Positions 1 to 14,280 of a stretch of DNA of 64,000 nt are shown here, one piece after another. Origin of the DNA: Vicugna vicugna (Eukaryota); contig MU058423.1 of assembly GCA_013265495.1 (NCBI GenBank), positions 3,239,061 to 3,303,060 on the forward strand. Direction: 5' to 3'. Numbering within the stretch: position 1 is the stretch's first letter; the number at the start of each line of letters is the position of its first letter. The notes under the pieces are model-generated. The model saw only the letters and a list, made by a program, of their open reading frames with translations. It searched no databases and had not been told where the DNA came from. Position numbers and translations under genes: made by a program.

Positions 1-131
1 CAAGCCAAAAACTAGTTACTTTTAAAGTTTTAAACCAACATTACATTTAAGTTTAAATCCTCCATTCTAGCCAAGTTGTTTGCTTGTGAATTTTGCCTTT
101 TTCTCTAAGCCTCTGCCCAAAGAATCCTGTT

Positions 132-234
132 GGAGTGATGGTATGGCTCAAGTGGTAGAGCACATGCTTAGCACGCATGAGGTCCTGGGTTCAATCCCCA
201 GTACCTCCTCCAAGAATGAATAAACCTAATTACA
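132..234 (+). mobile_element. tRNA-Ala-derived SINE (Vic-1-like, camelid)
   Basis: tRNA-like head (ggtatggctcaagtggtagag...ggttcaatccccagtacctcc) followed by an aataaacctaattac tail; near-perfect TSD aaagaatcctgtt (119-131) / aaagaattctgtt (235-247). Confidence 0.9.
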
Positions 235-1197
235 AAAGAATTCTGTTATCCAAGTGAAAAACTCCCTCTTCTATCATGTTATATTCATTCTTCAAGTTCA
301 AGGGCCTTTTCCTCTAGGATGCCTTCCAAGACTCCAGTTAGAGTAAGATTAAGCCCCAGCCTAGGTTCCCATTTCATTCTATGTACTCTCCTCTCATTCC
401 ACTTATTACACAGCACTGTAATTGGTGGTTTCCTTGCCCATTCTCCTTTTTAAACTATCAACAGTTCCTGCTTCTCATTCTTCAGCTACTGTAATACGGC
501 TTCGCAGCCCTCTGACACCACCTCTGTCAGTCTACTCTGGCTCCTCACTCTCCAATCCAAGCTCAAATGCTGGAATTTCCTAGGTTCCAATCCTAGTCTT
601 TGGTTACTTTATATTATCTTGATAAGATACTAATAGCTGTCATTTATTAAACTCCTGTATGTGCCAAATGCATGCTAATTTGCCTAATCTTCATACCAAA
701 CAAGCAAGGTACGTATTATCTGATCCATCTTATAGATGAAAATATAACTCAGAGTAAAAAATATGTCCACAATCATAGAGCTGGCGATAACAGGAATAAC
801 TCTATAAATGTTTACTCAGTGGCAAGCATTGTTCTAAAACCTTTATGTGTATTAATTCATTTAATTCTCTCACTAGTTTAGAAAACATACATTCTCTTAT
901 TATCTCCATTTTACAGACAAGAAAATTTAGGCACAGAGAAGCTACATAATTTGTTAACTCACATATCTATGAATTAAATGGCAGATCCAGGATTTAACCA
1001 ACACCTTCACCACTAAACCATTCTGTCTATTAAGGTTTCCACTATCACCTACATTAATGAGTCCCAATTCAAAATTGGGAATCTATGTTAACGATTCCCA
1101 AATCATAACTGGAAAATTAACGAACAACAGTTTCATTGGCTTATAAAGAAATAAGACAGACTTTACGCATCACCACTATTTGTCTTTAATACATTAC

Positions 1198-1288
1198 CTT
1201 TATTTGGCTCTTTTCATCAATCTTGTAGTAGTTTTCAAGTTTTTTTTCAACAAGCTGGGCAAGCTTACTGGCATTATCTAGAGGTTTA
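1198..1288 (-). CDS. STXBP3: STXBP3 coding exon 8 (91 bp; gene continues beyond the left edge)
   Basis: Translates (S)KPLDNASKLAQLVEKKLENYYKIDEKSQIK; AG acceptor at 1290-1289, GT donor at 1197-1196; cumulative CDS 684 nt, in frame. Confidence 0.96.
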
Positions 1289-2166
1289 CTAGAAATGGAA
1301 AAAATGTTCAAACAATTATTTTTCTTTCAAGACACACTTTATAACATTATCAAGTTGAATTCTAAAATTAAACCATAAATTTATTAAATTAAAAGATTTT
1401 ATAAACATGGAAAAGTTCAGATAATAATACATGAAATATAATGTTATAGCAATTTGTCTGGATTTTATCAATGTAAACCTTATATGTGCTTTGGATTTTT
1501 TTTTCACATGAAGAAAATACTATAAATAAAACTGCCGTTCCTTTATTCCCTTCCCAATTCCTGGTCTTCTCCCCTACTGTAACTGCTGGGTCATACAGTA
1601 TAGGTATTTTCAACTTTTCTGGATATTACTGTATTACTCTCCAAATTACTTGACCAATTATCTCTCCCACTAGCAGTATGAGTTTCCCCACACGTTCTCT
1701 AACATTAGGCAATTTTCCAATAGTCTTTTGCATAAAATCTTGTATATAATTGTCTTCTAAAATGATAAAATCATAGTCTAAATTGTAACTTCATGACCAG
1801 CGATATTAGTATAACTTCTGAGTATACAAGAAAAACGTTGGAAAAGGCTCTTCAGTTAGTACATCAACCTCAAAAACAGGATCTCCTTGTAAGGGCTTCA
1901 AAGTATTAAAGGATTTTTTTTTAAGTTTTTTTTTTTACCTCAAAGTAAATAAAGCAGCAACTATAAAGAATACTTTATTACACATTTTGCTTTAAAATAT
2001 TTTCAGAAGAAAATAACTTCATGTTAGAATTACACTTGAAAAGTTCATAAGGCATAAAGAATACTCTGCAAAAGAACAGGTAGGATTTTTAAAGCCTGGA
2101 TTATTATTTAACTATTACAATAACTCAAAACAGGTCCTTAATGAGCTATTAAATTATAAAATGGTT

Positions 2167-2508
2167 AGTCATCCCTTGGTATCCACAGGGGACTGGTTCC
2201 AGGACCTCTGTTGGATATCAAAATCCGTGGATGCTCGAGTCCCTATATAAAACGGCACAGTATTTGTGTGCAACCTATGCACATCCCCCATATATTTTAA
2301 ATCATCTCTAGATTACTTATAACACTAACACAGTGTAAATGCTATGTAAATAGTGATAATAATGTAAACGTCATGTAAGTAGCTGCCTGTGTGTAACAGA
2401 TCAAGTTTTGCTTTTTGGAACTCCCTGAAATTTTGGTTTTTTAATATTTTTGATCCACAATTGGCTGAATCTGAGGATGCTGAACCTGGGGATACAGAGA
2501 GCCAACTA
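2167..2508 (+). mobile_element. MER2-like TcMar-Tigger non-autonomous DNA transposon
   Basis: Begins tagtcatcccttggtatcc and ends ggatacagagagccaacta (degenerate terminal inverted repeats); internal tttaaatcatctctagattacttataa matches MER2 as I recall it. Confidence 0.75.
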
Positions 2509-3794
2509 TATTATTCATTTCCCTGAACAGAGCCAAACACCAGGAGCAGAAGCTTGAACAGATCCTGAACGCTAGCAGAAGATAAACCACTCAGTTCAGA
2601 ATGTAATTAGCATATCACCTGTAAGAAAAAGAACATTTCTAATACCTGAGGTGTGAGTAAAGGGCTTCTCTGGTAACATCTGAATTAAGGAGATTTACTA
2701 TTTTTTCTAAGTAATTAATAGTAGATTTTTTAAATGGTTAAGGATAATGTAACTTAAAGTACTACATGAATTTGAAATTAAACAATTCAGCCAAGTAACA
2801 TGACAAACGTCAATGTTTAAATTAAAGAAGCTTTCAAAAGAGAAACGAGTGAACGTACTTAGTAGCAGTGGTAGTACAGTATACTTACTTCTACCATTTT
2901 ACTAGTGCCATGCACTATTTTGAGTGCTTTACAGATATTAATTCATTTAATTCTTAAAAAACTTTATAAGGTGGGTACTTTTATCCTCTCATTTCATAGA
3001 TTAGGAAACTTGAGGGCAGAAGGATCACACAGCTAGTAAAATCCAAGCTGTCTGGCTATACACAACAACACGGATGTCTCTCAGAATACAATGCTGAACA
3101 AAGCCAGAAATTAAAAAAAAAATCATGATCCCATTTATACCAAGTTCAAAATCAGGTAAAACTAAAAATGCATTAGAAGTCAGGATGGCAGTTACCTCTG
3201 GGGAGGAAATAGGGGGTGGTGACTAGAAGGGATCATGGGGGAGGTCTCTGAGATGCTGTTAATGTTCTGTTTCTTGACCTTGGTAAAGTTAGATGGGTAT
3301 GTTTAATTTGGAATGAGTTCTCAAGCCATAAAAATATAATTTATGCATTTTACAGTAAGCCTTACTTTTAAAAAGAAGCAAATAAAGGCACATGGTACTA
3401 AAGTCAAACTTAAACTTTTAAGAAACTCCAAAAATCTATTTATAACCAGTATCCAGATAATATGGTCATTTAATTTGTTGGAAATTTAATAAAACATTAA
3501 ATGTAGGCACATATTCCCCATATGACAACAAAGGCATTCCTCTAATCATTCCTGAACTTATGAAAAATATACCTGTAAATCATACCATAATTTAAGTTCT
3601 GAAATTCAGAAACAGAGGTTATTAGTTACTCTGAAGTTTAAGCCTTCAAATCTGCTATATGTCGAGCATAATTTTATGAAGAAAATGAATTCTGCAGACC
3701 AACACACATAAGCACAGAGACTGACTTAGTCTGTACCAAAAAGCAAATAGACAGCATAACGTATAACATATAAAGACACCCCCAAGTGTCTTAC

Positions 3795-3949
3795 CTTTTA
3801 TATCTTACTCCGGGATTTTCATCCAGGGTAGCACATACTGTAACTATCTGCTCAGCCATCGCTTCCATAATGACATCTTTTCCATTTGCATTACTAGGGT
3901 CTGGACTGTAACAGTAATAGAATGCATCTGGTACATCAAGAGTATATAC
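3795..3949 (-). CDS. STXBP3: STXBP3 coding exon 7 (155 bp)
   Basis: Translates VYTLDVPDAFYYCYSPDPSNANGKDVIMEAMAEQIVTVCATLDENPGVRYK; AG/GT boundaries, phase consistent. Confidence 0.97.
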
Positions 3950-4929
3950 CTAAGTTAGGCCAAAAAATTCACATTGTCAATCTGGAAATTTGATTTGAAA
4001 AATATACCAAGAAAAACACAGCTATTCCTTGGGATACTGAAAAAACAAAAACAAAAACAAAAAAAAATTGTACTAACCATGCTGTCCTGAAACAACTGTG
4101 TTTTTACCTTAGTCAAATCTCATTTTCTCTGTCATCTTGACTTCATCCTTTCTTTTTCTCACTCTCCTTTCCTGCTTAGTCTACCTCTCTCCTTCAATTC
4201 TTGGTTCATATATAGATTGTACTGTTTGCTTTTTTCTACCTGTGCAGCAGATGAAAGAATCTGAGGTAGCCGAACTAAAATAAAACTCTAACACCTGGAA
4301 CAAAGAAACAGCAAAGCCAAAACTGGTCTATATATCTGACATACATTAAAATCTTAACCCATTAGAGAATAACCTAGAAATTTTCCAAAGCGGATATATA
4401 GTTTCAATTCTTTAGCTTACATTCTTAATGCCCTTAAAATAGAGAGATACTTCCCCAAAAGACAAAGCATTGTGACAGACATAGCATTTACTTACATAGG
4501 ATGGGATTAGAGATTTACTATGACTATTATTTGAAGGATATAAAAGAAAAAGCTGTGTAATTGGAGTTGAGAGTTCCCTATTAAACTAATTTTTTAAACA
4601 ATGACAGTACTTCCCCTTAGCCTAAAATAATGTATTGAATGTAAAAGTATACGGTATGTAATAAACATTATACATTCGCTAATGAATTACAAATAAACTT
4701 TCCTACATTTCCTTTCACAAAAAGTCATTTGTTTCTCTGAACGTAACAGATCACCCACAGCAGCAGTCTAAACATGGACTGAGATTTAGCTGCAGCTATC
4801 ACTTTTGTCTGTGCTTCCAAGTTTTGGTTGCTCTGTTAACTGCCAACAAGTACCCTACAGCTGGACTGTGGCTTCCTCATAGTATACTATTCCACTCCAA
4901 AAGATAAAATCTATTCAAAAATATTTATT

Positions 4930-5235
4930 GTCCCTCCCTGTGGGGCCTCTCCCTATTGGAGTACCCTTCCCACTCATTGATATCCGACTTGCTATGGTCA
5001 CTGGATGTGAGTAGATGTGACATATGCCACTTCCCCACAAAAGCTTTAAAAGTCACCATGCGGCTCCACCATTTCTCTCTTCTCTCTGCTGTAATCCAGA
5101 CAGGGGCTACTCCTTCAGTCTCAGAATGAAGAGGATGTAGAGCAAAGCCCCAGTCAAACCATAATAGACACTAACATGAATGAGAAATAAACTCTGCTGT
5201 TGTAATGCATTGAGATTTGGGGAGTTGTTACCACA
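4930..5235 (+). mobile_element. MaLR (MLT1-type) LTR remnant
   Basis: 3' end gagaaataaactctgctgttgtaatgcattgagatttggggagttgttacca is typical of MLT1 LTR termini; boundaries approximate. Confidence 0.6.
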
Positions 5236-6031
5236 GTTATCTAAGCTAGTATCTAGTACTCCAATTCACCAAATAGAATTTGGGAGCTGGTTTTCATTTC
5301 ACGCTCACATTTCTTCCCTTTACTTTCTTTCCCTCCTCCTCCCCCAACTTTCCATCACTATCATGTTCCTTTAGACTATTACTAAATGCTTTCTTCATCT
5401 TCATGACCCACAATCAGCTCCTTGAATATATCAGCTCCCCACAACTTCCACCTACCTTTCTTGCTAATTTATAGCTAGCTTAGCTATAAACAAACTCCTC
5501 TATATTCTTGAATGATTTCCATCTAACTGCCCTAATGTATACATGAGGGTATTAATTAACTTAAACCCTCTGAAAGGGAAAGAGAGCTTTCTTTAATACC
5601 TCTGACCCACAGATTCAGGAGAAGTCAACCTCTTTACTTTCCATGTGACTTCTAAATGTGCTCAACGTCCAACTTTTCTTCTTTGGAGAACTATCATATT
5701 TGACTTTATCAATCTCTCCTCAATGATCTCCTGACTTCTCCTTTTCCTTCAGGACTTCAGGACTTTTCTGCAGGAGCCCATTTTCTGTCACTCTTGATAG
5801 TACCTGGAGTCTCCTACAACCTGGTCTCAACCTACTTATAAACACAGCCTCATCCATCATACAGTCACCCCTTATAATCCAGATCCCTGTTGCTCCCTTG
5901 CACCTTTCTGCTTCTGTATCTTTGCACTCTCACTTCCTAGAATATTCTTTCCTTCTTCAAGACTCCCTTATGAAATTCTATCCATTCTTCAAATGTTTTC
6001 TCCTTCTCTCAGAGACAGTTAGTTAATCTCT

Positions 6032-6455
6032 TGTGGTAGATTACAAGCTGCTTCCTCAAAAACCATTGTTCCCTTACTTTTCAGTAATCATACCAATTGT
6101 TTGGGGGAAGCAGCCATATGCCCAGCTAAAAGCTGTATTTCTGTTTTCCATGCTCTTAGGTATTGACATGTGACTGAATTTTGGCTAACAAGTTATAAAT
6201 GAAAATTATGTACTTCCTTCTTTCTCTTCTTCATCCTGCTTCCTCAAATGAGAATGTAATAATTCCATAGTCATCTTGGATCATGAGGGCCATGCTAGGA
6301 GACCTGGCCCCTGACAATTGTATAGGACCAGCATAATAGATATATAGCCCATTTCCTGACTTCTTTTATATTGGCAAGAAATAAATTTCCATCTTGTTTA
6401 AGCATGGAAAGTTTAAATTGTCCTGTTACAAGCAGTTGAACCTAATCTTCACTGG
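6032..6455 (+). mobile_element. MaLR (MLT1-type) LTR remnant
   Basis: Starts tgtggtag; contains catgtgactgaattttggc and a 3' gaaataaatttccatcttgtttaagc; boundaries approximate. Confidence 0.5.
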
Positions 6456-8097
6456 TATAGTTTTGAACATGTGCAATACTTTCTCTTATACAGCTGAGAC
6501 GGAGCATATATCTTGCTCATCTTTTCACAGCAGACCGCTCTGCATCTGGAAGGCAGGGTCTACTGCACATGATCTTGATAAATGCTCATGTAAGCCTTTG
6601 CTCATAGCTCAAGGCGCTTAGTAGTATTTCATTTATATCTTCACTAACAATCAAACAAAAGATCATAATATTTTCACTGTAATTTCTCCATAATAGTTAA
6701 ATTATTAAGTAAACTATCCTAAGATGTTTAACAAGAAGTAAATTAAAAGAAAAAACTTCTTAGGGAAAAAACACAGCAGACAGATATGACCTTAATCACA
6801 ACATTTTGTAAAGACTGGTTAAGTAGAAGATCCTCACAAGATTTGTCTATACATGTAAACACAAGTTATTTCCATCAGTCATCAAATTAGCACATATCTA
6901 CACAAACCTCCCCTTCAAACACAGCAGTTACTGAATTTTAATGAATTCTGAGGCTAAAACCATATTTATCTTCCACGTGGCAAGATGTTCTGAGCATTTT
7001 TGTAATATTTATCACAGTACTATTTATATCCCACATCATTTTAGGAAGTCCATTTTTACCCTACAATAAACTTACATATCATATTAAAAGGAATCAATCT
7101 AAAAGAAACCTTTAGAAAATGGTTTAATGTTAAGCAGACATCTTAAAATTAAGCAAATTTGACTATGGTCTTTCTTCGTCAAAAACAGCAATAGCTTAAA
7201 AGAAAAATTTGTTATTTAGGACCTTTCTATTTCTTAAAATGTTGACCTTATAGTTCCAAAAAACAGTGAACACTTTCAACTCTATGAAATGTTAACACAG
7301 AGAACAGAGCTGAACAAGTACAATAGGTGTGTGATTAAGGCAAGTTACTTAACCTCTGATTTCCCCATCTTTAAAATAGAGATAGAATTACCATCTATTC
7401 ATAGGGCTATTGTGAAGATGACGTGAATATTATGGAAAGCATTTAGGAAAGTGTCTGACATACAGAGAGTACTATGTGTTCGCTATTATCACTATTATTT
7501 TTAATTGAAGGCTCATTAACTTCTCCAAAGGCAAAATAAATCTACAAAAATCCTTCATTTTATAAATTAAAATAAATGACAGTTTACATAATGTTCCATA
7601 AAAAGTTTATTAAAGAACTTTGTTTTAATATCATAAATGGTTACAGAAGCTAAAAGCATTTATTTCTTTGGAGTCATCCAACAATTGGGCTTAAAATCTT
7701 TTGATTTCAGTCTGATAGGGCTGTAAACCTTGATATACACAGGACTTAGTGGCAGATGAGAAATTTAAGTTTCACTTTCATTATTAATGTTATACTATAA
7801 TTTAGTACTCATGTTCCTCCCTTCATCAGAGGAAATGTTTATTTGTGGATTGTTCAAAATTCACCAAATAGATAACATATAAAACATCTTTAGGATATAC
7901 CTTATTAACAAACAGGCTCATAAAACTGAATTTTAAAATCCATTATGAACTAAAATTAAAAATAAAGAAAGTCTGGGTCTTCTGAGCATGAGCCACCCAT
8001 TATCCTTGCTTGCCTTTGCAATAAGCCTTTCTCTGCTCAAATATATAAATACATATATACATACATATATACGTAAATAATAAAAAACAGAAAGTAC

Positions 8098-8198
8098 CTG
8101 AGACTCAAGTGGAATGAAGGAAATATTTATTTCTTTACATCTTCTTATTGACTTGGAGCAAGAAGCCTTAATCTTGTTGAAGAGACTATCAGGGCAAA
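8098..8198 (-). CDS. STXBP3: STXBP3 coding exon 6 (101 bp)
   Basis: Translates (F)CPDSLFNKIKASCSKSIRRCKEINISFIPLESQ, contained in ORF 7933..8235; AG/GT boundaries. Confidence 0.97.
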
Positions 8199-9545
8199 CT
8201 GAGAGAAGAAAACAAACCAAAACATGTAACTCCATCTAAATTTTCATTCTTTTGAATAAGTTATTCCAATATCCAATTCTTTTATATATAATTACTGACT
8301 TTCACAAAGTAATTTACTATGAGGACAAAGATAATGTATAAATATTGTTCTTCACTTTACAGAGCAGAAGCATTCTAGTCACGAAGGCTGTAATGGATAT
8401 TTCATTTTCCCCATTCATATCCACCATAACCTAAGATATATTCCCTTAGAATGCTAGTAACAAAGCCAACTAAAATTGTTTGAAATGAAAACAAGTCCAA
8501 ACTCAGGACTTAATAATCTTTCATAGAACTTTCAGAATTTCTTAAGAGTTTACACTGCTTTTCTATATCTGCCACTAAGGGTAACCATACCATATAAATT
8601 TATTTTTCCTTGAATTACAGGAAATTTCTCTAATGTCAGGAAATTATAAGTCTCTAAACTAGTAAGTTTAGAGCCCATTTCCTCCCCTCCTCCCACCCTC
8701 CTTTCACCTAACTGCTTATAATTTCACTAAATCTAGGCTGGAAAATCAATCAGTGGCTCCTACTGTCTTTTAACATGATGCTCTTTAGCCTCAAGATTCC
8801 TTAAATTAAAAGAGGCTTCACATTCATTAAATTCTATCAATTCCATAAACATGTATTTCTGAATGGTAAAGTTACTTAAATGACAAATACTTATGGTATG
8901 GCATTTTTTAGAATGCAAATTACTACTAGACATGAGATAAATAATAACTGACAGGAAAAATAACATACTACTTCAAATGATGATTCTCTTAACTTAGAGA
9001 CCAAGACTTAACTTAATAAATGGCATTTTTATTGCTGCAGTATAACTATGTAAGATAAAACCTAAAACAGAATTATATGTGTCTCTGGACTTTAAGATTC
9101 TTTAGTTTAGCTGCTTTCCATCTGAATGTACAGCATAGAAAAAGACACATGATAGGTTTTCTCCGTTAATATTAGCAAACAGATGGCAGTTTCTCCCAAC
9201 GGGTCTTATTTTTTATTATATAATCAAATTCCTAGTTGAAACTTTGATTTAAAGAAGAATTCTTCCTGTTATCATCACAGAATTTGAGAGGTAGCCCTCT
9301 CTGCCAACTCCCTCAACCTGTATACCAGCAAAAATGATGGTCTTTTGAAACTGTTTGGAATGATTTAATTTTCTATCACCTTAACATGAATTAGGATAGA
9401 TATAATCTTGCATTTTTAGATTCTTTCTAAATTAGATCAAACAGTAAATAAAAGTCACTCACTAGTATTAGAAGTATTGTAAGAAATACTTCATGATTAA
9501 TAGGATTTGAAACAATGAAGCAGTAACTTTTGCAAAGCTACTTAC

Positions 9546-9624
9546 AGTCAGTGAAGTATAGATACGCTGCTTTATATCTGTTCTCCGATTTACTTCCAAA
9601 ATCACGTAAAAAACAGTCTACAGA
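9546..9624 (-). CDS. STXBP3: STXBP3 coding exon 5 (79 bp)
   Basis: Translates SVDCFLRDFGSKSENRYKAAYLYFTD; tttttaag acceptor, gtaagt donor. Confidence 0.96.
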
Positions 9625-12196
9625 CTTAAAAAAGGTTAGATGTTAATACACATTTTATCAAATACTAATTTAAATATGCTAGCTTTTGAAATAACTAAGA
9701 TTATTTTATTCTGATGATGAAATAAAACCTTAACTGTCAACAGTTTAATTTATAAAAGTTCGTAGCATTTTAAGATGCTATGTTGTCCAGCCAGTTATAG
9801 CTAGAAACGTATTAAGTAGTAAGGTAAAATGTATGAACAGCATGCTCTTTGGAGATAAGGAGATCTCAGAATGGTCAAGTGCCTGGGAAGCTGAAGCAAC
9901 AAAAAAGACAAGACCACTGGAAGACAACAGATCAAGGAATTGAGAAGCCAATGAACGAACTGGAAGTATTACCTACACGGATAATTAAACCATCTGAGAC
10001 TGACTGGAGAAGTGCGGAAGAGACTGACAGTGAGCTAGGAGCTAAAATTGTCAAGGGGGATTAGAATGAAAGGCCCAAAGGTTAGCAGACTTCAAGGAGG
10101 AGGAATAGAAGGTAAGAGAGTCTGGTAGCATTTGCCTCAAGGCTGGTAGTTTTAAAGACATAGTCTAAAAAGCAAAAATGAAGAGCAAAGAATTTAATTC
10201 TCTCACTTTTGTCCATTCCTTTTTCTCCTCCTGGAACTCTGAGATCTAGTATATTTTTGTTAGAGCTCAAGAATCCATCTTGCAGGTCTCTTATCTTCCC
10301 CACCATGATTTCCATGATTGTTTTTTTGTTTGAGATACTCTAGTTTGATGCTCTAGACTATTAATTCAAATTTCCATAGTGATTAGCCTCTTCAATTAAC
10401 TATATAACTGAGAAAATACATTTCTGAGCTTCAGAAAGTTTTTTTATGTGCTATACCAGACTCTTCTTAAATGTACTATTTTTCTGTTCAGGTTATCATC
10501 CCTCTCTCCAAGCCCCTATATTTTGCTAGATGTGTGTTTTCTTTATTCTTATAAACCTTCTGTCTCTGGGCACTTGATCCACTTAGATGTGTGGTTGCTT
10601 TTCTTTGTCAGCTCACTTCAGGCTTAGGTTTAGTTGTTGGGAGTACCCTGAGAAGGAAGGCAGCCCTCCTGTTGAGGGCTATAGGTGTAAAAGCAAACAA
10701 ACCATCCAAGTGACCTTTCCCTTAGGGTTCACAAATCTCTTATAGCCAAACTCTTCTTAAATTTTGTCATTTTATGATCCTTGCCTGGGAACTCTCTGAG
10801 GCTGGTCTCCAGGTATTCGCCCAGCTCCAGAGGAAGGAAATCTCACACCAGGTTTCTCTACAAGTACCCAAGGAGCCCAAGGCCTCACTTGTACCCAGAA
10901 GCCCGTAGTAACCAAGAGGTAACTGATTCAGGACAGGAAGAGAAACTGGAGTTGGTTGTGATGGAAAAAGGAGTCACATTCAGGTACCATTTTCTCAGAA
11001 TTCTTTGATCCTTTACTGAATATACAATTTTATATCCTGCTTTTGTCACTTAACATTAAACATAAAAATTCATATTGATCATTAAAATTTCTTGGAAACC
11101 TTATTTTCAACAGCCACAAGGTCTTTCATACAATTATTTGTTAATGCTAAGAATTTATTATGACTTATTTATTGCTAGGAATTTAGTTTGAATATTAATT
11201 TGATTATTTCTTTACAATAAACTCCAAGATACAGAAAGTTTTAAAGTTCTTGACGTAGAAAATTACTTTCCAAAAAGGCTGCACTAATCTATACATCCAC
11301 TAGCAGTATATATTTCTGCTCCATTACCCATTGATAATGGATTGACAGCTAGAATATGATATATTGATAGAAAGACAGATAAATAAATACATAAATATAG
11401 ACGCATTTTCTTTTTTAAATCCCTCTGCCAATTTAGTAGGTGAAAAACGGTGCTTTTAACTTTCATTTTTTCTGATCATGAATTTTATCGTATGAAGTTA
11501 TATTACAGATAAGATATAAAATGTCATTAAAATTCACTAGCAGCCAATATGTACAGACTACATAGTAAATGTCTAGGTTTTTCCCTACTGTCTGCTTGAG
11601 TTAGAAGAAATGAAACTGGATTGCCAAATGAACATTCTAGGTAGGAAAAAGCCAAAGGATGTGTTGGAAAACACATTCTCTGATATTATACAGAATAAAA
11701 GAATCTGCTACCTTATTTGGCTCTAGAAGTTTGGCTTTAAGTATGAGCTGAATCATGGTTAGATTAGAAACTAAAGAAATTCCTTTACCATAAAATATAT
11801 ATATACATATATACCTACAAATGTGTGTATACACATACATATATACATACACTATTGGGAAATCACTATGATAAATGAAAGATTAACCCAAGACTATTTC
11901 ATTCCCATACATTTCCAACCTCCTAAAAATTACAGTTGAATAGGAATTGTATGAGTAAGAAATTATTCAAAGAAACTCTACCATTTTATACAATTAAATT
12001 CTGCTTTCATATATGGGAGAAAGGAATTCTTTCACTTAAACATTCTTAGTGAGAAACATGAAATGAAACAACATTTCACAGATTTTCCTAAGCAAACTAG
12101 TTTATAGCACTATTTTTCTAATAAAGGACATTTTACTACTTTGAATTTTCTATTAGAAAATCATGTCAGTAGTGAAAATATTAAAGAATGTACTTT

Positions 12197-12312
12197 CCTT
12201 TGGGGGGGATGTAATTAGGTTTATTTATTTATTTTTAATGGAGATACTGTGGATTGAACCCAGGACCTCATGCATACTAGGCACTCTACTACTGAGCTAT
12301 ACTCTCCCCACC
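12197..12312 (-). mobile_element. tRNA-Ala-derived SINE (Vic-1-like)
   Basis: Reverse complement of the same SINE; exact TSD aagaatgtacttt at 12184-12196 and 12313-12325. Confidence 0.9.
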
Positions 12313-12346
12313 AAGAATGTACTTTTTAAAGATTCAAAATACTTAC

Positions 12347-12423
12347 TTTTGATGTTGGAGAGATAAAATAAAGAGCTTTCATTTGTCTGACGGGTTCTCG
12401 ATTCTTATAAATATTCTCCACAA
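12347..12423 (-). CDS. STXBP3: STXBP3 coding exon 4 (77 bp)
   Basis: Translates (V)VENIYKNREPVRQMKALYFISPTSK; tttgttag acceptor, gtaagt donor. Confidence 0.96.
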
Positions 12424-14146
12424 CTAACAAAAAAAAGTCATTTTATATATTGAAATATTACACACTTGAAATAATTTTTAAATGAACTTTATTATATTTC
12501 TTAATATTTTCATGAGAAAAAAGATAAATAGTTATTTGATAGTTAGGTCTACTAGTATAAGCAATCAACATCCATGAAGAAATCAAGAAAATGTATTTAA
12601 AATTAAAATATGTATTTCTGTTTTAAAATATTCTACTATAATAGGAAACATGTTATCAGAAACCAGGCTAAGCACTTTACATGAATTATCATAATAACCC
12701 TATGTGTATTTTACATAGGCCTAAGGAAACTAAGGCTTAAAAAAGTTAAGTAACTTATCCAAGTTACACAGTAAAAAAGAAGAAAAGACAGGATTCCAAC
12801 TCACATCTGTCCAACTCCAGAGTCCAAGTTTTTAACTTCTATAATAGTCTTTAAATAAATTGCCAATTAACTTGTTCTTTTAAAATCATACAGAAATATT
12901 TATAAAGTATTTTTTAAAATGAAATATAACCATAATTTACTCAATTCTATTTTTATTATTGAAATTAAGAAGTTTATAAAATACGTAATATAAAACAAAG
13001 TGAATTTAAAGTTAGTAAACTCTAAATTGTCAAATTAACTATTAAAGCTATAGTTTAAAAAACGAATTTAATGTATCATTTTACAAATCAAGAGAACCAT
13101 CTTTCAAGACTCATGCTGCCAAAGGGCCTAGAAAGAATTAAAAACATTAATCTGACATGCAAGGAAAGCTACTGTTGGACTTCTCTTTTAAACAGGCTGA
13201 TTCATTTTCATTTTCTCATCCCTAAATTTATACTAGTAAAGTATATGTTTAGCATAGCTTCTGTTAGATAGGATATCAAGTAAGATTTCAAAGGAAATAT
13301 TTAATTTTACTGTTATCTCCACTCTCAACAATTGTAATTTCACCTTTGTATCTGTATTAACTTATTTTTATTGCTTAATGCCCAAAATAAAGTCTTACAG
13401 TCATTTTATGCTATATAGACTATATATTATGTTTAGCGAATAATGTACATGTTAAAAATGTTATAACAATATTGTAATATGATTTAGAACACAGACTGTG
13501 AAAAGATTCTGAAATATTTGGTCATTAATAGCAGAAAATGCCACTTCTTCAATTCACTGAAAAGTGGGTATCTATAAATGATTTAAAAAAGAAAGATTTT
13601 TTTATGACTATTCCTATACTAGTGACAAAGGGATAATCTAACTCATAGTCTACTTTTTTTAAGGTTTTTACTTGACTTTAGTGAAGACACTGAGGAAGCA
13701 TCACACATATACTTTTTCTCATGTTTCTTAAAAGTTACAAGACACCACTGAATATTTTCACAAATGACCCGAATGCGGACAGAAAGTCTGATCACTGAAC
13801 TGCCAATCCAGGAGAGCTCATGTGGAACTCAAAAGGAATGTAATAAGTTCAAGTTAGTGGATAAGATTATGATTAAACCAGAGCAAACCTAGGTGACTCT
13901 GGAGGATACGGAGAACAATCCACAGTAGTGTGTTTTAAAATATACAGTCCTATAAAATGTTTCTCAAAAAAAGCTTTCTGTGGTCAAATCAATTCACAGA
14001 CAAAAGAACAGTATCTTGTGTAATTATTATGGTTAGAGTTACTAAAAAAAAAACAACAACCCTGAAAAACACAATTACTAATTAAAATTTATTAATACTT
14101 CAAACTCTCCCAATCATAATAAAAAAAAGGTTTTCATGAGTACTTG

Positions 14147-14280
14147 GATTTGGGGGGGGGGAGGAGATAATTAGGTTTTTAAATTTATTTATTTTAATGG
14201 AGGAACTGGAGATTGAACCCGGGACCTCATGCATGCTAAGAATGCGCTTTACCACCGAGCTACACCCTCTCCCCGTCACA
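14147..14280 (-). mobile_element. tRNA-Ala-derived SINE (Vic-1-like)
   Basis: Same SINE on the minus strand; TSD atgagtacttg (14136-14146) / atgagtatttg (14281-14291). Confidence 0.88.
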
